32,000 nucleotides of DNA, taken from assembly GCA_942492995.1 (NCBI GenBank), contig OW818653.1:480001-512000 (forward strand), given 5' to 3'. The position numbers and the translations under genes are program-made. Position 1 is the stretch's first letter. Each line of letters starts with the position of its first letter. Of the stretch, positions 16,680 to 26,191 are shown one piece after another. The notes below the pieces were generated by a model. That model did not search any database, was not told where the DNA came from, and saw only the letters and a program-made list of their open reading frames with translations. The DNA comes from an uncultured Erysipelotrichaceae bacterium. Lineage in GTDB: Bacteria > Bacillota_I > Bacilli_A > Erysipelotrichales > Erysipelotrichaceae.

Positions 16680-17752
16680 TATTCTTTTCCTTTAGGTTTG
16701 TACTGATTATAGAAATCTAGTACATCATTACGTCCGATTTCTCTAAAATCAATTCCATAAAGACTATTCGCTAAATCGAGGACAAGTTGCATGTATTTGT
16801 GTGGTGTATTCGCTAGCTTCGCTAATTCCAACATTGGGACAATTCCTGTTGGAATATCCTCATATATATAACGTGTAGTAATATCAATCGGTGAACCAAT
16901 TTCATCGTATTGAGTCGTGTTTTGTAAGGCTGAATATAAATGTATACCTTCACTTCCATAAACATCCTCTAACCACTGTTTCGCATCATGCATCGGACAT
17001 TCGAAATAATTAGCTAATGCGATTCGTTCTTTGTCTAATTTCTCTAAGAACTTTGCGACCATTGGTGTTATACCTTCTTTATAGTGTCGATAACTCTCAC
17101 CACATTCAATGCGTGATAAATTCATTAGAGCAGGGAATGGATGAAAGATCATACCTATATTTGATAACGATGTAAATAATATCGATTTCTCCATTTTGAT
17201 CATAGAAAATGAATGGATTAATTCATTGAAAATAATCTGACTATGTTCCTGATGAAGGGCAGCCACATGTAATACTTTTTTACGTGAAAATATTTGGCTG
17301 ATACCTGGTCGAATTTTGCGTGATGTAAGTACGAATGTATCTGTTTCACCAATTGGAATATCAAGGATACAACCAGCAGCTTTTAGATATCGATCAAACA
17401 TAAATGCACCAAGTGTTCTTCCTGGATTAATCACTACTTTATGATGTGTTTGTAAGAATGGAGCCATTTGATTTGCGATATCTTGATGAGCATGAGCTGG
17501 AATACATATCATAATTATTTCAGATTCATCAAGGGCTTGTTTAAGATTTGAAGTAGCTCTTATATCACTAACCATTGTATTAATCATTCCTTGAAGTTCA
17601 ATTCCACCATATGCATTTATTTGATCAATAACCATTTTTGTACGATTGTATAATATGGTTGGATTGCCTAGATACTGTAGATATGCGGCTAATGCTTGAC
17701 CACCATGCCCAGCCCCAATAACACAATAATTTTTGTTTATTCGTTTCGTCAT
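16679..17752 (-). CDS. NAD(P)-dependent octopine/nopaline (opine) dehydrogenase-family oxidoreductase
   Basis: RBS AAAGGAGA. N-terminal Rossmann motif VIGAGHGGQALAAYL. The length (357 aa) and C-terminal helical region (YEDIPTGIVP) are typical of the opine dehydrogenase family. Confidence 0.8.
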   Translation of the reverse strand: MTKRINKNYCVIGAGHGGQALAAYLQYLGNPTILYNRTKMVIDQINAYGGIELQGMINTMVSDIRATSNLKQALDESEIIMICIPAHAHQDIANQMAPFLQTHHKVVINPGRTLGAFMFDRYLKAAGCILDIPIGETDTFVLTSRKIRPGISQIFSRKKVLHVAALHQEHSQIIFNELIHSFSMIKMEKSILFTSLSNIGMIFHPFPALMNLSRIECGESYRHYKEGITPMVAKFLEKLDKERIALANYFECPMHDAKQWLEDVYGSEGIHLYSALQNTTQYDEIGSPIDITTRYIYEDIPTGIVPMLELAKLANTPHKYMQLVLDLANSLYGIDFREIGRNDVLDFYNQYKPKGKE

Positions 17753-17995
17753 AGATTCTCCTTTAGATTGTATGCTTTGTCTTCATAATACCATTCAAGG
17801 TTGAATTAACAGGTTTTTGACTGTAATTTTCGCTAAACGTTCACTTTAGAAATTTATATCAATAATTATGGTATATATAAATTAGTCATTATTTCACAAT
17901 TAAGTTATCGAAAAACATTACCAAATAGGTTAAACTAAAATAGTGAAATTAGTAGAATTCGAATCGTATAAAACGAATATTAGAACAGGAAAAAT

Positions 17996-18913
17996 ATGCA
18001 ATTAGCACTATTAGTATTAAATCAAGTTGCCATCATGTTAGTACTCATTTTTTGTGGGTATTTTGCGGTTAAGAAGGGTTATTTAACAACGCAAGGGAGT
18101 AGAGATTTAGGTAATATTTTACTCTATATCATTACACCAGCAGTCATTATTCAAGCATTTAGAATGGAATACAGTAATGAGAAAACATTCAATTTAATGG
18201 TTTCTGCAGGTTTAGCATTAATTGCGATTCTTATATCAATTCTTATAGCACATATTTTTTATCGTAAAAATGGTGTATTAAATTTTGGGGTTTCATTTTC
18301 AAATGCCGTATTTATGGGTATACCATTAATCTATAATACATTAGGTTCAGACGCAGTTTTTTATGCGTTATCGTTTGTTATATTTACTGCGATTGGACAA
18401 TGGACTTATGGAATAATGGTGTTAACCCATGATAAATCTGTTGTTTCATTAAAGAATATATTAAAGAATCCAATTATCTACTATGTGTTAATCGGTTTAT
18501 TTGTTTATTTTACTCAATTAAAATTACCCATTATTCTAACACAAACCATGGCTTATTTAGTACCTTTAAATACACCTATTCCTATGTTTATGATTGGTGG
18601 ATTCATTGCAGGATTACCATTTAAATCAATATTTAATCAATTACATATTTATCGTGCAAGTTTCTTAAGGTTATTAATTGTGCCAGGCATTGTATTAATC
18701 GTATTAAAATTTATTCCATCGATTGGTCAGGATTTTGACACAATGAAGATGGCTGTTTTACTTGTCGCAAGTACACCAGTAGGTGCGAATGTCGCGATCT
18801 TTGCCCAACAATACAATCAGGATGTTAAGGAGTCTGCTCAGTTGGTTAGTTTATCGACCATATTATCTGTTTTGACAATTCCTTTGATCATATTAATCAA
18901 TAGTTTATTTTAA
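17996..18913 (+). CDS. AEC (auxin efflux carrier)-family transporter
   Basis: 305-aa, roughly 10-TM protein with an N-terminal pattern typical of AEC/malate-permease-like carriers. AGGA RBS. Confidence 0.8.
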   Translation: MQLALLVLNQVAIMLVLIFCGYFAVKKGYLTTQGSRDLGNILLYIITPAVIIQAFRMEYSNEKTFNLMVSAGLALIAILISILIAHIFYRKNGVLNFGVSFSNAVFMGIPLIYNTLGSDAVFYALSFVIFTAIGQWTYGIMVLTHDKSVVSLKNILKNPIIYYVLIGLFVYFTQLKLPIILTQTMAYLVPLNTPIPMFMIGGFIAGLPFKSIFNQLHIYRASFLRLLIVPGIVLIVLKFIPSIGQDFDTMKMAVLLVASTPVGANVAIFAQQYNQDVKESAQLVSLSTILSVLTIPLIILINSLF

Positions 18914-18928
18914 AAAATAGGAGGAATT

Positions 18929-19561
18929 ATGGACAATAATTCAGTACAGATTATCGAAAAAAGATTAGAAAGAGCAATCACAAATCTAAGAAATCATAAG
19001 TTTGAGGTTAGTGTTTGTGATACAAAAGAAGATGTTAATCCATTATTAGAAAAGTTGATTGAAAGAGATTCGACTGCGGCAGTGGGTGGATCAATGACAT
19101 TAAATGAAACGAATACACTAACTTGGTTACGATCAGGTTATTTGAAATTTATTGATCGATACGATCCCGAATGTGATGTGACAGAAGTCTTCCATGAGTC
19201 GTTTAATGTGGATGCTTATATAACGTCTAGTAATGCGGTAACTGTATCAGGTGAGCTTGTAAATACCGATGGTAATGGTAATCGTGTTGCGGCTATGATT
19301 TATGGTCCTAAGAAAGTATATGTAATCGTCGGTTTAAATAAATTGGTATCTAATATAGAAGAAGGTCAAAGAAGAATCGAATTATATGCCGCCCCAATGA
19401 ATTGTGAACGTTTAAATCGTGATACACCATGTCGAAAAGTTGGAGAGTGTGTTAACTGCAGTGTTCCAGAGCGTATTTGTAGTGTAAATGTTGTGTTTAA
19501 TCGAAGTAATACGCCGAATCGGATTCATATAATATTTGTAAAAGAGAATTTAGGCTATTAA
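18929..19561 (+). CDS. LUD-domain (LutC/YkgG-like, DUF162) protein with a C-terminal Cys cluster
   Basis: AGGAGG RBS. Blocks ..AAVGGSMTL.E......L...., S.NAVT.SGELVN.DG.GNRVAA..YGP..V..IVG.NK. resemble stand-alone lactate-utilisation LUD proteins. Cys159/168/174/177/184 lie at nt 19403-19480. Confidence 0.75.
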   Translation: MDNNSVQIIEKRLERAITNLRNHKFEVSVCDTKEDVNPLLEKLIERDSTAAVGGSMTLNETNTLTWLRSGYLKFIDRYDPECDVTEVFHESFNVDAYITSSNAVTVSGELVNTDGNGNRVAAMIYGPKKVYVIVGLNKLVSNIEEGQRRIELYAAPMNCERLNRDTPCRKVGECVNCSVPERICSVNVVFNRSNTPNRIHIIFVKENLGY

Positions 19562-19624
19562 TTATTAAGTTTGTTAATAAAATGATAGCGTTTTCTTATA
19601 TAATAAAAATGTCATGTTTTAAAC

Positions 19625-20971
19625 TTGACTAGATTGGGGATACATTTGATAGAGCTAAAGAATTTAGTAAAACACTATACGAGCCGTAAAGGTGTAGTGA
19701 CCAAAGCATTGAATGATTTAAGTGTTACGTTTCCAAGTAAAGGTTTAATTTTCATTCTTGGTAAAAGTGGAAGTGGAAAATCGACCTTAATGAACATTCT
19801 TGGGGGATTGGATGTTGCGGATTCAGGTGAGTTTAAAATAGAGGGGAAGAATATTGAAGGTTTAAGTCAAATTGAACTTGATCATTATCGCAATTCACAT
19901 GTTGGCTTCGTATTTCAAGATTTCAACATTATTGATACCTTTACGATTTATCAAAATATTGGTTTAGCATTACAATTACAAGGTCAAAAGGCAGATAAAA
20001 AGCAGATGGATGAAATGCTTGAATTTGTTGGTTTAAAAGACTTTGGAAAACGCAAAGGTAACGAAGTATCTGGTGGTCAGAAACAACGTATTGCGGTTGC
20101 GCGTGCATTAATTAAGAATCCAAGAATTATTCTTGCGGATGAACCGACTGGGAACTTAGATAGTAAAACGAGTGATCAAATTATGAAGTTACTTAAAAAA
20201 GTATCTGAAAATAATTTAGTCGTCGTTGTATCACATGACCCGGAAGAAGCTGAAGTGTATGCGGATCGTATTATTCGCATTAAAGATGGTAAGTTAGCGG
20301 ATGACACCGGTAATCATTCAAGTGTGTTAGAAGCCAGACCATTTGAACTTATGCATAAACATTTAGGAATATTGGCAAGTCTAAAGTATGGGATTAATAG
20401 TATCGGAAAGAATAAAGGACAAATGTTAATTACTACGTTTGTTATATCGATATCATTATTGTTTGCGAATCTACTTGGATCGTATTTAACGTTTTTAGCG
20501 AATCCAAATCCAATCTTAAGTGAAACACTTGGTAAAGATGGATTGGCTTATATTATTAATGATTTACAAGGATATCTTTCGGTTTCTAATACACGAGATA
20601 TTTTAATCGCAATGTATATAATATTGATTGCCGTTTCGTATGTTTTCTTATCCATGAGTATTAATCAAAGACGCAAACAAATAGGCATCTTTAAAGCGTT
20701 GGGTGGAAATACCAATGACATTTTAAAAATCTTTATTTGGGAAGGTATTGTCTTATCATTCTTTACTTGGGTATTCTCAACTTACTTAGGTTATTCTTAT
20801 GTACTTGATACAAATCTTAAATTCTTCCAAGGATTACCTGTATTAAAGTTTAATTGGTTTCAAGCATCATTCAATTTTGTTTTACTTTTAGCGGTTATGT
20901 TAGGTTTTATTATACTAATGGTTATCAATACACTTAAAAATAACTCTGTTATTTCGATTTTAAAGAAGTAG
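19625..20971 (+). CDS. Fused ABC ATPase-FtsX/MacB-type permease half-transporter (minimal extracytoplasmic loop)
   Basis: Walker A GKSGSGKST, signature VSGGQKQRIAVARAL, Walker B ILADEPTGNLD, then 4 TM with the FtsX motif (RRKQIGIFKALGG). The loop between TM1 and TM2 is only about 35 aa. The likely true start is TTG 19646, preceded by GGGGA. Confidence 0.85.
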   Translation: MTRLGIHLIELKNLVKHYTSRKGVVTKALNDLSVTFPSKGLIFILGKSGSGKSTLMNILGGLDVADSGEFKIEGKNIEGLSQIELDHYRNSHVGFVFQDFNIIDTFTIYQNIGLALQLQGQKADKKQMDEMLEFVGLKDFGKRKGNEVSGGQKQRIAVARALIKNPRIILADEPTGNLDSKTSDQIMKLLKKVSENNLVVVVSHDPEEAEVYADRIIRIKDGKLADDTGNHSSVLEARPFELMHKHLGILASLKYGINSIGKNKGQMLITTFVISISLLFANLLGSYLTFLANPNPILSETLGKDGLAYIINDLQGYLSVSNTRDILIAMYIILIAVSYVFLSMSINQRRKQIGIFKALGGNTNDILKIFIWEGIVLSFFTWVFSTYLGYSYVLDTNLKFFQGLPVLKFNWFQASFNFVLLLAVMLGFIILMVINTLKNNSVISILKK

Positions 20972-20979
20972 GTAAAAAA

Positions 20980-23010
20980 ATGATAGAAATCAGTAATGTA
21001 AATAAGAAATATCACAGTAAAGCAAATGAAGAAGTTGTTGCGATTGATGGTATAAATCTTAAATTTAATCATAATGGATTAGTGTTTATCCTAGGTAAGA
21101 GTGGTAGTGGAAAATCCACATTCTTAAATATACTAGGTGGGTTGGATTCTGCGAATACTAGTCGAATTCATATTAATCATAAGAAGTTAAATCGTTTTGA
21201 TGAAACTACATGTTCTGAATATCGAAATACGTATATCGGATTTGTGTTTCAAGAATATAACTTACTGGATGATTTAAATGTTTATGATAATATCGCATTA
21301 GCGCTTGAAATGCAAAATCGAGTTGTTGATCGGGAAACAGTTCTTAATATCTTAAAAGAAGTTGATCTTGAAGGTTTAGAAGAAAGAGAATTAGATGAAT
21401 TATCAGGTGGTCAGAAACAACGTGTTGCGATTGCTCGTGCACTTGTTAAGAAACCTGAAATTATCTTAGCAGATGAACCAACAGGGAATCTTGATAGTGA
21501 GACATCTGAACAAGTTTTCGAATTATTCAAACGTATTAGTAAAGACAAACTAATTATCTGTGTCAGCCATGATGCAGAGTATGCACATAAATACGGTGAT
21601 CGAATCATTGAAATAAGTGATGGTAAGATTATTCGTGATACAAATCCTGAGGTATTTGAAGATGATGTTCAAGCACCAGAGATGATACGACCTGTATTAC
21701 CTAAAAAGTTTATCTATCATATGAGTATTGGTAACATTCTCAATAACAAGCTTAGAATGGTTGTGACTTCGGTTATTGTGGCGTTCTTGATGGCGATTCT
21801 GACAGCTGTTTATACAACGCTTAATGTTTCAAGTGTTGTGGATGTTAATCTATTCAAAGAGAGTCAGATGAATCATTTGTTGTTAAAACCTAGAAATGTC
21901 GAATCGGCTGAACTAAATCAATCACAATTGTCTCTAATTCAATCGATTTTACCAGAATATGATGCGCATATGTACAAACGATTAGCTATTTTAAATGGTG
22001 AACAAACAGTAAATTTATCTACATTACCTTTCACTAATTTATCTGCTAGTTCATTAGATTCAGATAATACGAAATTCTTATCGGATAGCACCTTAGATAC
22101 TATTAAAGAATTACCGTTGCAGTTTGTAGAGTTAGGTGTTAATAGCGAAGTTTATACATCAATTATAGGGACTCAACCGCGTGATTATAATGAGATAGTG
22201 ATTAGTAGTTATTTAGCTGATTTGATTATTAATTCAGGATTAACGATCAATGGTAGCGCATTAAGCTTTGATTCATATCAAGATATTATATCTAAATCAG
22301 TTAGTTTGAATGTTGAAGGTAAAGAATTAAAGATTGTTGGTATAACTGAACATAAAACTCCAGTTCTAGATAAAGAAACGATTGTACTTGATACAGTTTA
22401 TGCAAATATATATGTACAACGAGGATTTATTAATAATAGTACATATGTTACTAAACTCTTGAATTATGGTGTATTTATTACAAATTATGATACGTTACCA
22501 GAATTGATGAAAGAAGTTAAGAATGCTGGGTATATTAGTTTAACGCCAATCTATTCAGACGCGTTAGAAAACTTTACACGCTTCGAATTATCGTTGTTAA
22601 TTTCTGTATTTGTACCGTTGATTGGTTATTTAGCACTCGTATTCTTAGCGAACTATGTTTCTTCAAGTATTATCTATCGTAAGAAACAAATCGGTATCTT
22701 AAGAGCGATGGGCAATTTTATTAGTAACGTTGAACATGTATTTAGATTAGAAGCGATTATCGTTGGATTAGTCATAATGGTATTAGCGTATTTCTTGACT
22801 CCATATTTCGTAAATATTATGAATTTTGCGTATATGGTACATTTTAGTGATAGCTTCATTTCGTTCTATCATTACTCAATCTTTAGTCCTGGTTTAAGTA
22901 ATATTATTGAAATATTCATGTTATTGACAATACTAATCACAGTTTTAACCTTTACATTAACGCATAACATTAATTTAATTGATCCTGTAGATGTCATAAA
23001 CGGAAGATAA
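20980..23010 (+). CDS. Fused ABC ATPase-FtsX/MacB-type permease half-transporter (large extracytoplasmic domain)
   Basis: Walker A GKSGSGKST, signature LSGGQKQRVAIARAL, Walker B ILADEPTGNLD. TM1 at about residues 259-281, an extracytoplasmic domain of about 250 aa, then an FtsX-type C-terminal bundle (YRKKQIGILRAMG). Confidence 0.85.
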   Translation: MIEISNVNKKYHSKANEEVVAIDGINLKFNHNGLVFILGKSGSGKSTFLNILGGLDSANTSRIHINHKKLNRFDETTCSEYRNTYIGFVFQEYNLLDDLNVYDNIALALEMQNRVVDRETVLNILKEVDLEGLEERELDELSGGQKQRVAIARALVKKPEIILADEPTGNLDSETSEQVFELFKRISKDKLIICVSHDAEYAHKYGDRIIEISDGKIIRDTNPEVFEDDVQAPEMIRPVLPKKFIYHMSIGNILNNKLRMVVTSVIVAFLMAILTAVYTTLNVSSVVDVNLFKESQMNHLLLKPRNVESAELNQSQLSLIQSILPEYDAHMYKRLAILNGEQTVNLSTLPFTNLSASSLDSDNTKFLSDSTLDTIKELPLQFVELGVNSEVYTSIIGTQPRDYNEIVISSYLADLIINSGLTINGSALSFDSYQDIISKSVSLNVEGKELKIVGITEHKTPVLDKETIVLDTVYANIYVQRGFINNSTYVTKLLNYGVFITNYDTLPELMKEVKNAGYISLTPIYSDALENFTRFELSLLISVFVPLIGYLALVFLANYVSSSIIYRKKQIGILRAMGNFISNVEHVFRLEAIIVGLVIMVLAYFLTPYFVNIMNFAYMVHFSDSFISFYHYSIFSPGLSNIIEIFMLLTILITVLTFTLTHNINLIDPVDVINGR

Positions 23011-23014
23011 GAAA

Positions 23015-23043
23015 AGTCACTTCAATGAAGTGACTATTTTTTT
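23015..23043. terminator. Bidirectional intrinsic terminator between the ABC genes and the convergent mscS-like gene
   Basis: 9-bp perfect stem AGTCACTTC (23015-23023) / GAAGTGACT (23027-23035), AAT loop, then T7 on the + strand and a T-rich tract on the - strand. Confidence 0.75.
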
Positions 23044-23903
23044 ATGATAACGTTTTGATAAGGATGAGGTATTTCGATACCTTCAGAATCAAATCTTTTC
23101 TTAATATTTTCCCTAAGTTCCGCTAATAGATTAACTGAATCTCCATTATTCTTTGTCCAAACTGCCATTTTTAATTCAACTGTACTATCCGTTAAATTAG
23201 AGACAATGACTTTTAATTGAGGTACATTATCTTTTAAGTCTTTCTTAGATCTTTGATCGATTAATAATGGATTCTTTAATGCTTCATCAATCATAATTTG
23301 TTTGGCTAAATCAAGATTAGAATCATAGGCAATGGATAGGGTAAGTGTCTTACAGGATGTCTTATCGATAATATCGCGATTCTCAATGACTGCTTTATTT
23401 ATTACACTATTAGGTACAATAATACGATTATTCTCACCCGTTTTTATTACCGTATGACGTAACGTAATATCTTCGATTGTACCTGTTATATTCTGACCAG
23501 GTAAATGGACGAGATGTCCAACGGTAAATGGTCTAAAAAATGATATGAAGAATCCGGATATGATGTTTGAGAAAGCTTCTTGTGCAGCGAATCCGATAAT
23601 TAATACCGCAACACCTGAACTTGCTAGAATTGATAAGGCTAGTTCATTTAATGGAATTATCTGGATTGAAATGCCAAATCCAAGTAATGTATAAATAATT
23701 GTATTCAAGATACGATGTATAAACTTAAAATGAGTTTCATCTAACTTATTACGTGTTAGAAAGTTATTTAAGACACGTCGCGTAATAAGTAATAGAATCC
23801 AAGTACTAAGCCACATAAAGGCAATCGCAAATAAGAATGATGTTAAACCTCCACGAAGATAAGGTTCAGTTAATGTGTTAATTGATTTGTATAGTTGTTC
23901 CAT
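23034..23903 (-). CDS. Small-conductance mechanosensitive channel (MscS family)
   Basis: Three N-terminal TMs followed by the MscS beta-domain pattern (F.VGH.V......G.IEDITLR.T.I.T..N..I.VPNS......I.N). Confidence 0.85.
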   Translation of the reverse strand: MEQLYKSINTLTEPYLRGGLTSFLFAIAFMWLSTWILLLITRRVLNNFLTRNKLDETHFKFIHRILNTIIYTLLGFGISIQIIPLNELALSILASSGVAVLIIGFAAQEAFSNIISGFFISFFRPFTVGHLVHLPGQNITGTIEDITLRHTVIKTGENNRIIVPNSVINKAVIENRDIIDKTSCKTLTLSIAYDSNLDLAKQIMIDEALKNPLLIDQRSKKDLKDNVPQLKVIVSNLTDSTVELKMAVWTKNNGDSVNLLAELRENIKKRFDSEGIEIPHPYQNVIIKK

Positions 23904-23970
23904 ATGAAAAGTTTAATGTATCCTTTAAATTAAAGCAATTTGAATTATAATAAATACAGAGGTTTTTACA

Positions 23971-25104
23971 ATGTTAACAATCGGATTAATGTCTGGCACA
24001 TCTTTAGACGGTATAGACACCGTATTATGTGAAATAAATGGTGAGTTTAATCACATTGAAGTTCGTCAAATAGATTTTTTCACCATTCCATTTGATGATA
24101 ATTTGAAGAATAAAATAAGGCGAATTATTAATAATGAATCAATTAGTACTGAATTAATTTGTAGTGTTAATTTTGAACTAGGACATGCGTATTCGAATGC
24201 GGTTAAAGTTATGTTAGACAAAAATATGTTAAAAGGTTCAGATATCGAGTTTGTCGCAAATCATGGTCAAACGCTTTATCATTTACCCAAAGCTAAGAAT
24301 GGCTTAGTATCATCTACCTTACAGATGGGTGAATCATCAATTATTGCGTACGATCATAAAGTAAAAGTAATTGATAATTTTAGAGTAATGGACGTAGCGG
24401 CTGGAGGAGAGGGTGCACCTCTTGTTCCGTTTAGTGAAAAAATACTCTATCGCGAAGAAGGAAAGATTATTGCTTTACAAAATATCGGTGGCATTAGTAA
24501 TGTGACTGTGTTAGATGATGAATCAATATTCGCTTTTGATTGTGGGCCTGGGAATATGATGATGGATGAAGCGATGCGTTATTTTTATCAAAAAAATTAT
24601 GATAAAAATGGGGAAATTGCTAGTACATCAAATATTGATGAATCCTTGTTTAATGAATTAATAGCTCATCCATATCTAAATCGTATTCCACCAAAGAGTA
24701 CTGGACGTGAAGATTTTGGTGAGAATTTTGTTAAAGAAATAATCAATCGATATACAAACTTAGATTCTAGTTGTATTGTGTCTACCTTTACAGAATTTAG
24801 CGCTTATTGTATTCAAGATAGTTATCGTAAATTTTTACGTAAATTACCTGATAAGATGATTGTTGGTGGTGGCGGTGCATTTAATTTGAGTTTAATGAAT
24901 CGATTAAGAAAATACTTACCAGAAGTTGAAGTGTTAACGCAAGAGGATTGTGGTTATTCGAGTGATGCGAAAGAGGCAATTGCGTTTGCGATATTAGGTT
25001 ATGCATATATTAAACAAGTACCAGCGAATGAGTTAGGTGCAACAGGTGCACATAATCATGTAATACTTGGTAAATTAACACCAAATCCATTTGATATAAA
25101 ATAA
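23971..25104 (+). CDS. anmK: Anhydro-N-acetylmuramic acid kinase
   Basis: N-terminal GLMSGTSLDGID, internal NIGGISN and GPGN motifs, 377 aa. Confidence 0.9.
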   Translation: MLTIGLMSGTSLDGIDTVLCEINGEFNHIEVRQIDFFTIPFDDNLKNKIRRIINNESISTELICSVNFELGHAYSNAVKVMLDKNMLKGSDIEFVANHGQTLYHLPKAKNGLVSSTLQMGESSIIAYDHKVKVIDNFRVMDVAAGGEGAPLVPFSEKILYREEGKIIALQNIGGISNVTVLDDESIFAFDCGPGNMMMDEAMRYFYQKNYDKNGEIASTSNIDESLFNELIAHPYLNRIPPKSTGREDFGENFVKEIINRYTNLDSSCIVSTFTEFSAYCIQDSYRKFLRKLPDKMIVGGGGAFNLSLMNRLRKYLPEVEVLTQEDCGYSSDAKEAIAFAILGYAYIKQVPANELGATGAHNHVILGKLTPNPFDIK

Positions 25105-25126
25105 TGCTTTTACTTTTTAAATGAAA

Positions 25127-25135
25127 TGGTACAAT
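25127..25135 (+). promoter_or_regulatory. Extended -10 element (TGGTACAAT) upstream of asnA
   Basis: TGnTAnnnT match 29 nt upstream of the asnA ATG. RBS GAGGT at 25153-25157. Confidence 0.3.
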
Positions 25136-25163
25136 AAGAACAAGTTTTTTATGAGGTAAAACT

Positions 25164-26186
25164 ATGACAATGGTAAAAAATAACTTATATGTTCCAAATG
25201 ATTATAATCATCCTTTAGATATTCGTGAAACAGAACATGCTATCAAGTATATTAAAGATTATTTCGAGAAAGACTTAGCATTAAAATTAAATCTAACAAG
25301 AGTATCGGCGCCGTTATTTGTTCGACCAAAAACAGGTTTAAATGATAATCTAAATGGGATTGAAAGACCGGTTGCCTTTGACATAAAGAGTGAAGTATTG
25401 GATATTGTAGAAATTGTCCATTCACTTGCGAAATGGAAACGCAATGCACTTAAGCGTTATGGTTTTGGTGTAGGTGAAGGCTTATATACAGATATGAATG
25501 CAATTCGTCGTGATGAAGATACAGATAATTTACATTCTATTTACGTGGATCAATGGGATTGGGAAAAGAACATTGAAAAAAAAGATCGAACAATTAATAC
25601 ATTAAAGGATACTGTCAAAACGATTTATCAAGTAATGAAAGATACTGAATTGTTTATTTTTCAAAAATATCGGGTATTAAAACCTGTATTACCACAAGAT
25701 ATCTATTATATAACGAGTCAAGAGTTGGAGGATATGTATCCTAACTTAACCCCAAAAGAGCGTGAAGATGCGATTTGTCTAGATAAAAAAGCTGTATTTG
25801 TTTTACAGATTGGTGATTTATTAAAGTCCAACCAAAAACATGATGGAAGGGCACCAGATTATGATGATTGGCAATTAAATGGTGATATCTTAGTCTATAA
25901 TCCGATTCTTAAGAGATCATTTGAATTATCGTCAATGGGAATTCGAGTTGATGAGTTGAGTTTAGTTGAACAATTGAAAAAAGCTGATTGTTTAGAGAGA
26001 TTGGGGTTACCATTCCATCAAGCTATTTTAAATCAGTCATTACCCTATTCAATGGGTGGTGGAATTGGTCAATCACGATTATGTATGTTTTATCTACAAA
26101 AAGCGCATATTGGAGAAGTACAAGCATCAATATGGCCAGAAGAAATTGAGATTCTATGTGAATCTAATAATATAAAATTATTATAA
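25164..26186 (+). CDS. asnA: Aspartate--ammonia ligase (asparagine synthetase A)
   Basis: Strong collinear similarity to E. coli AsnA as I recall it ([34 protein letters not shown]...[22 protein letters not shown]...HIGEVQ). Confidence 0.9.
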   Translation: MTMVKNNLYVPNDYNHPLDIRETEHAIKYIKDYFEKDLALKLNLTRVSAPLFVRPKTGLNDNLNGIERPVAFDIKSEVLDIVEIVHSLAKWKRNALKRYGFGVGEGLYTDMNAIRRDEDTDNLHSIYVDQWDWEKNIEKKDRTINTLKDTVKTIYQVMKDTELFIFQKYRVLKPVLPQDIYYITSQELEDMYPNLTPKEREDAICLDKKAVFVLQIGDLLKSNQKHDGRAPDYDDWQLNGDILVYNPILKRSFELSSMGIRVDELSLVEQLKKADCLERLGLPFHQAILNQSLPYSMGGGIGQSRLCMFYLQKAHIGEVQASIWPEEIEILCESNNIKLL

Positions 26187-26191
26187 ATAGT

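Noticed and set aside
17851-17883. The inverted repeat AATTTATAT-N15-ATATAAATT, considered as a defined operator in the opine-DH / AEC divergent region.
   Set aside because: It is composed purely of A and T in an AT-rich spacer, so it is likely to arise by chance. It is mentioned only as context, not called as a feature.
19583-19633. A 16-codon mini-ORF (MIAFSYIIKMSCFKLD) just upstream of the first NBD-FtsX gene; considered as a leader peptide.
   Set aside because: It has no Shine-Dalgarno sequence and no attenuator-type alternative hairpins. Chance ORFs of this size are expected in AT-rich spacers.
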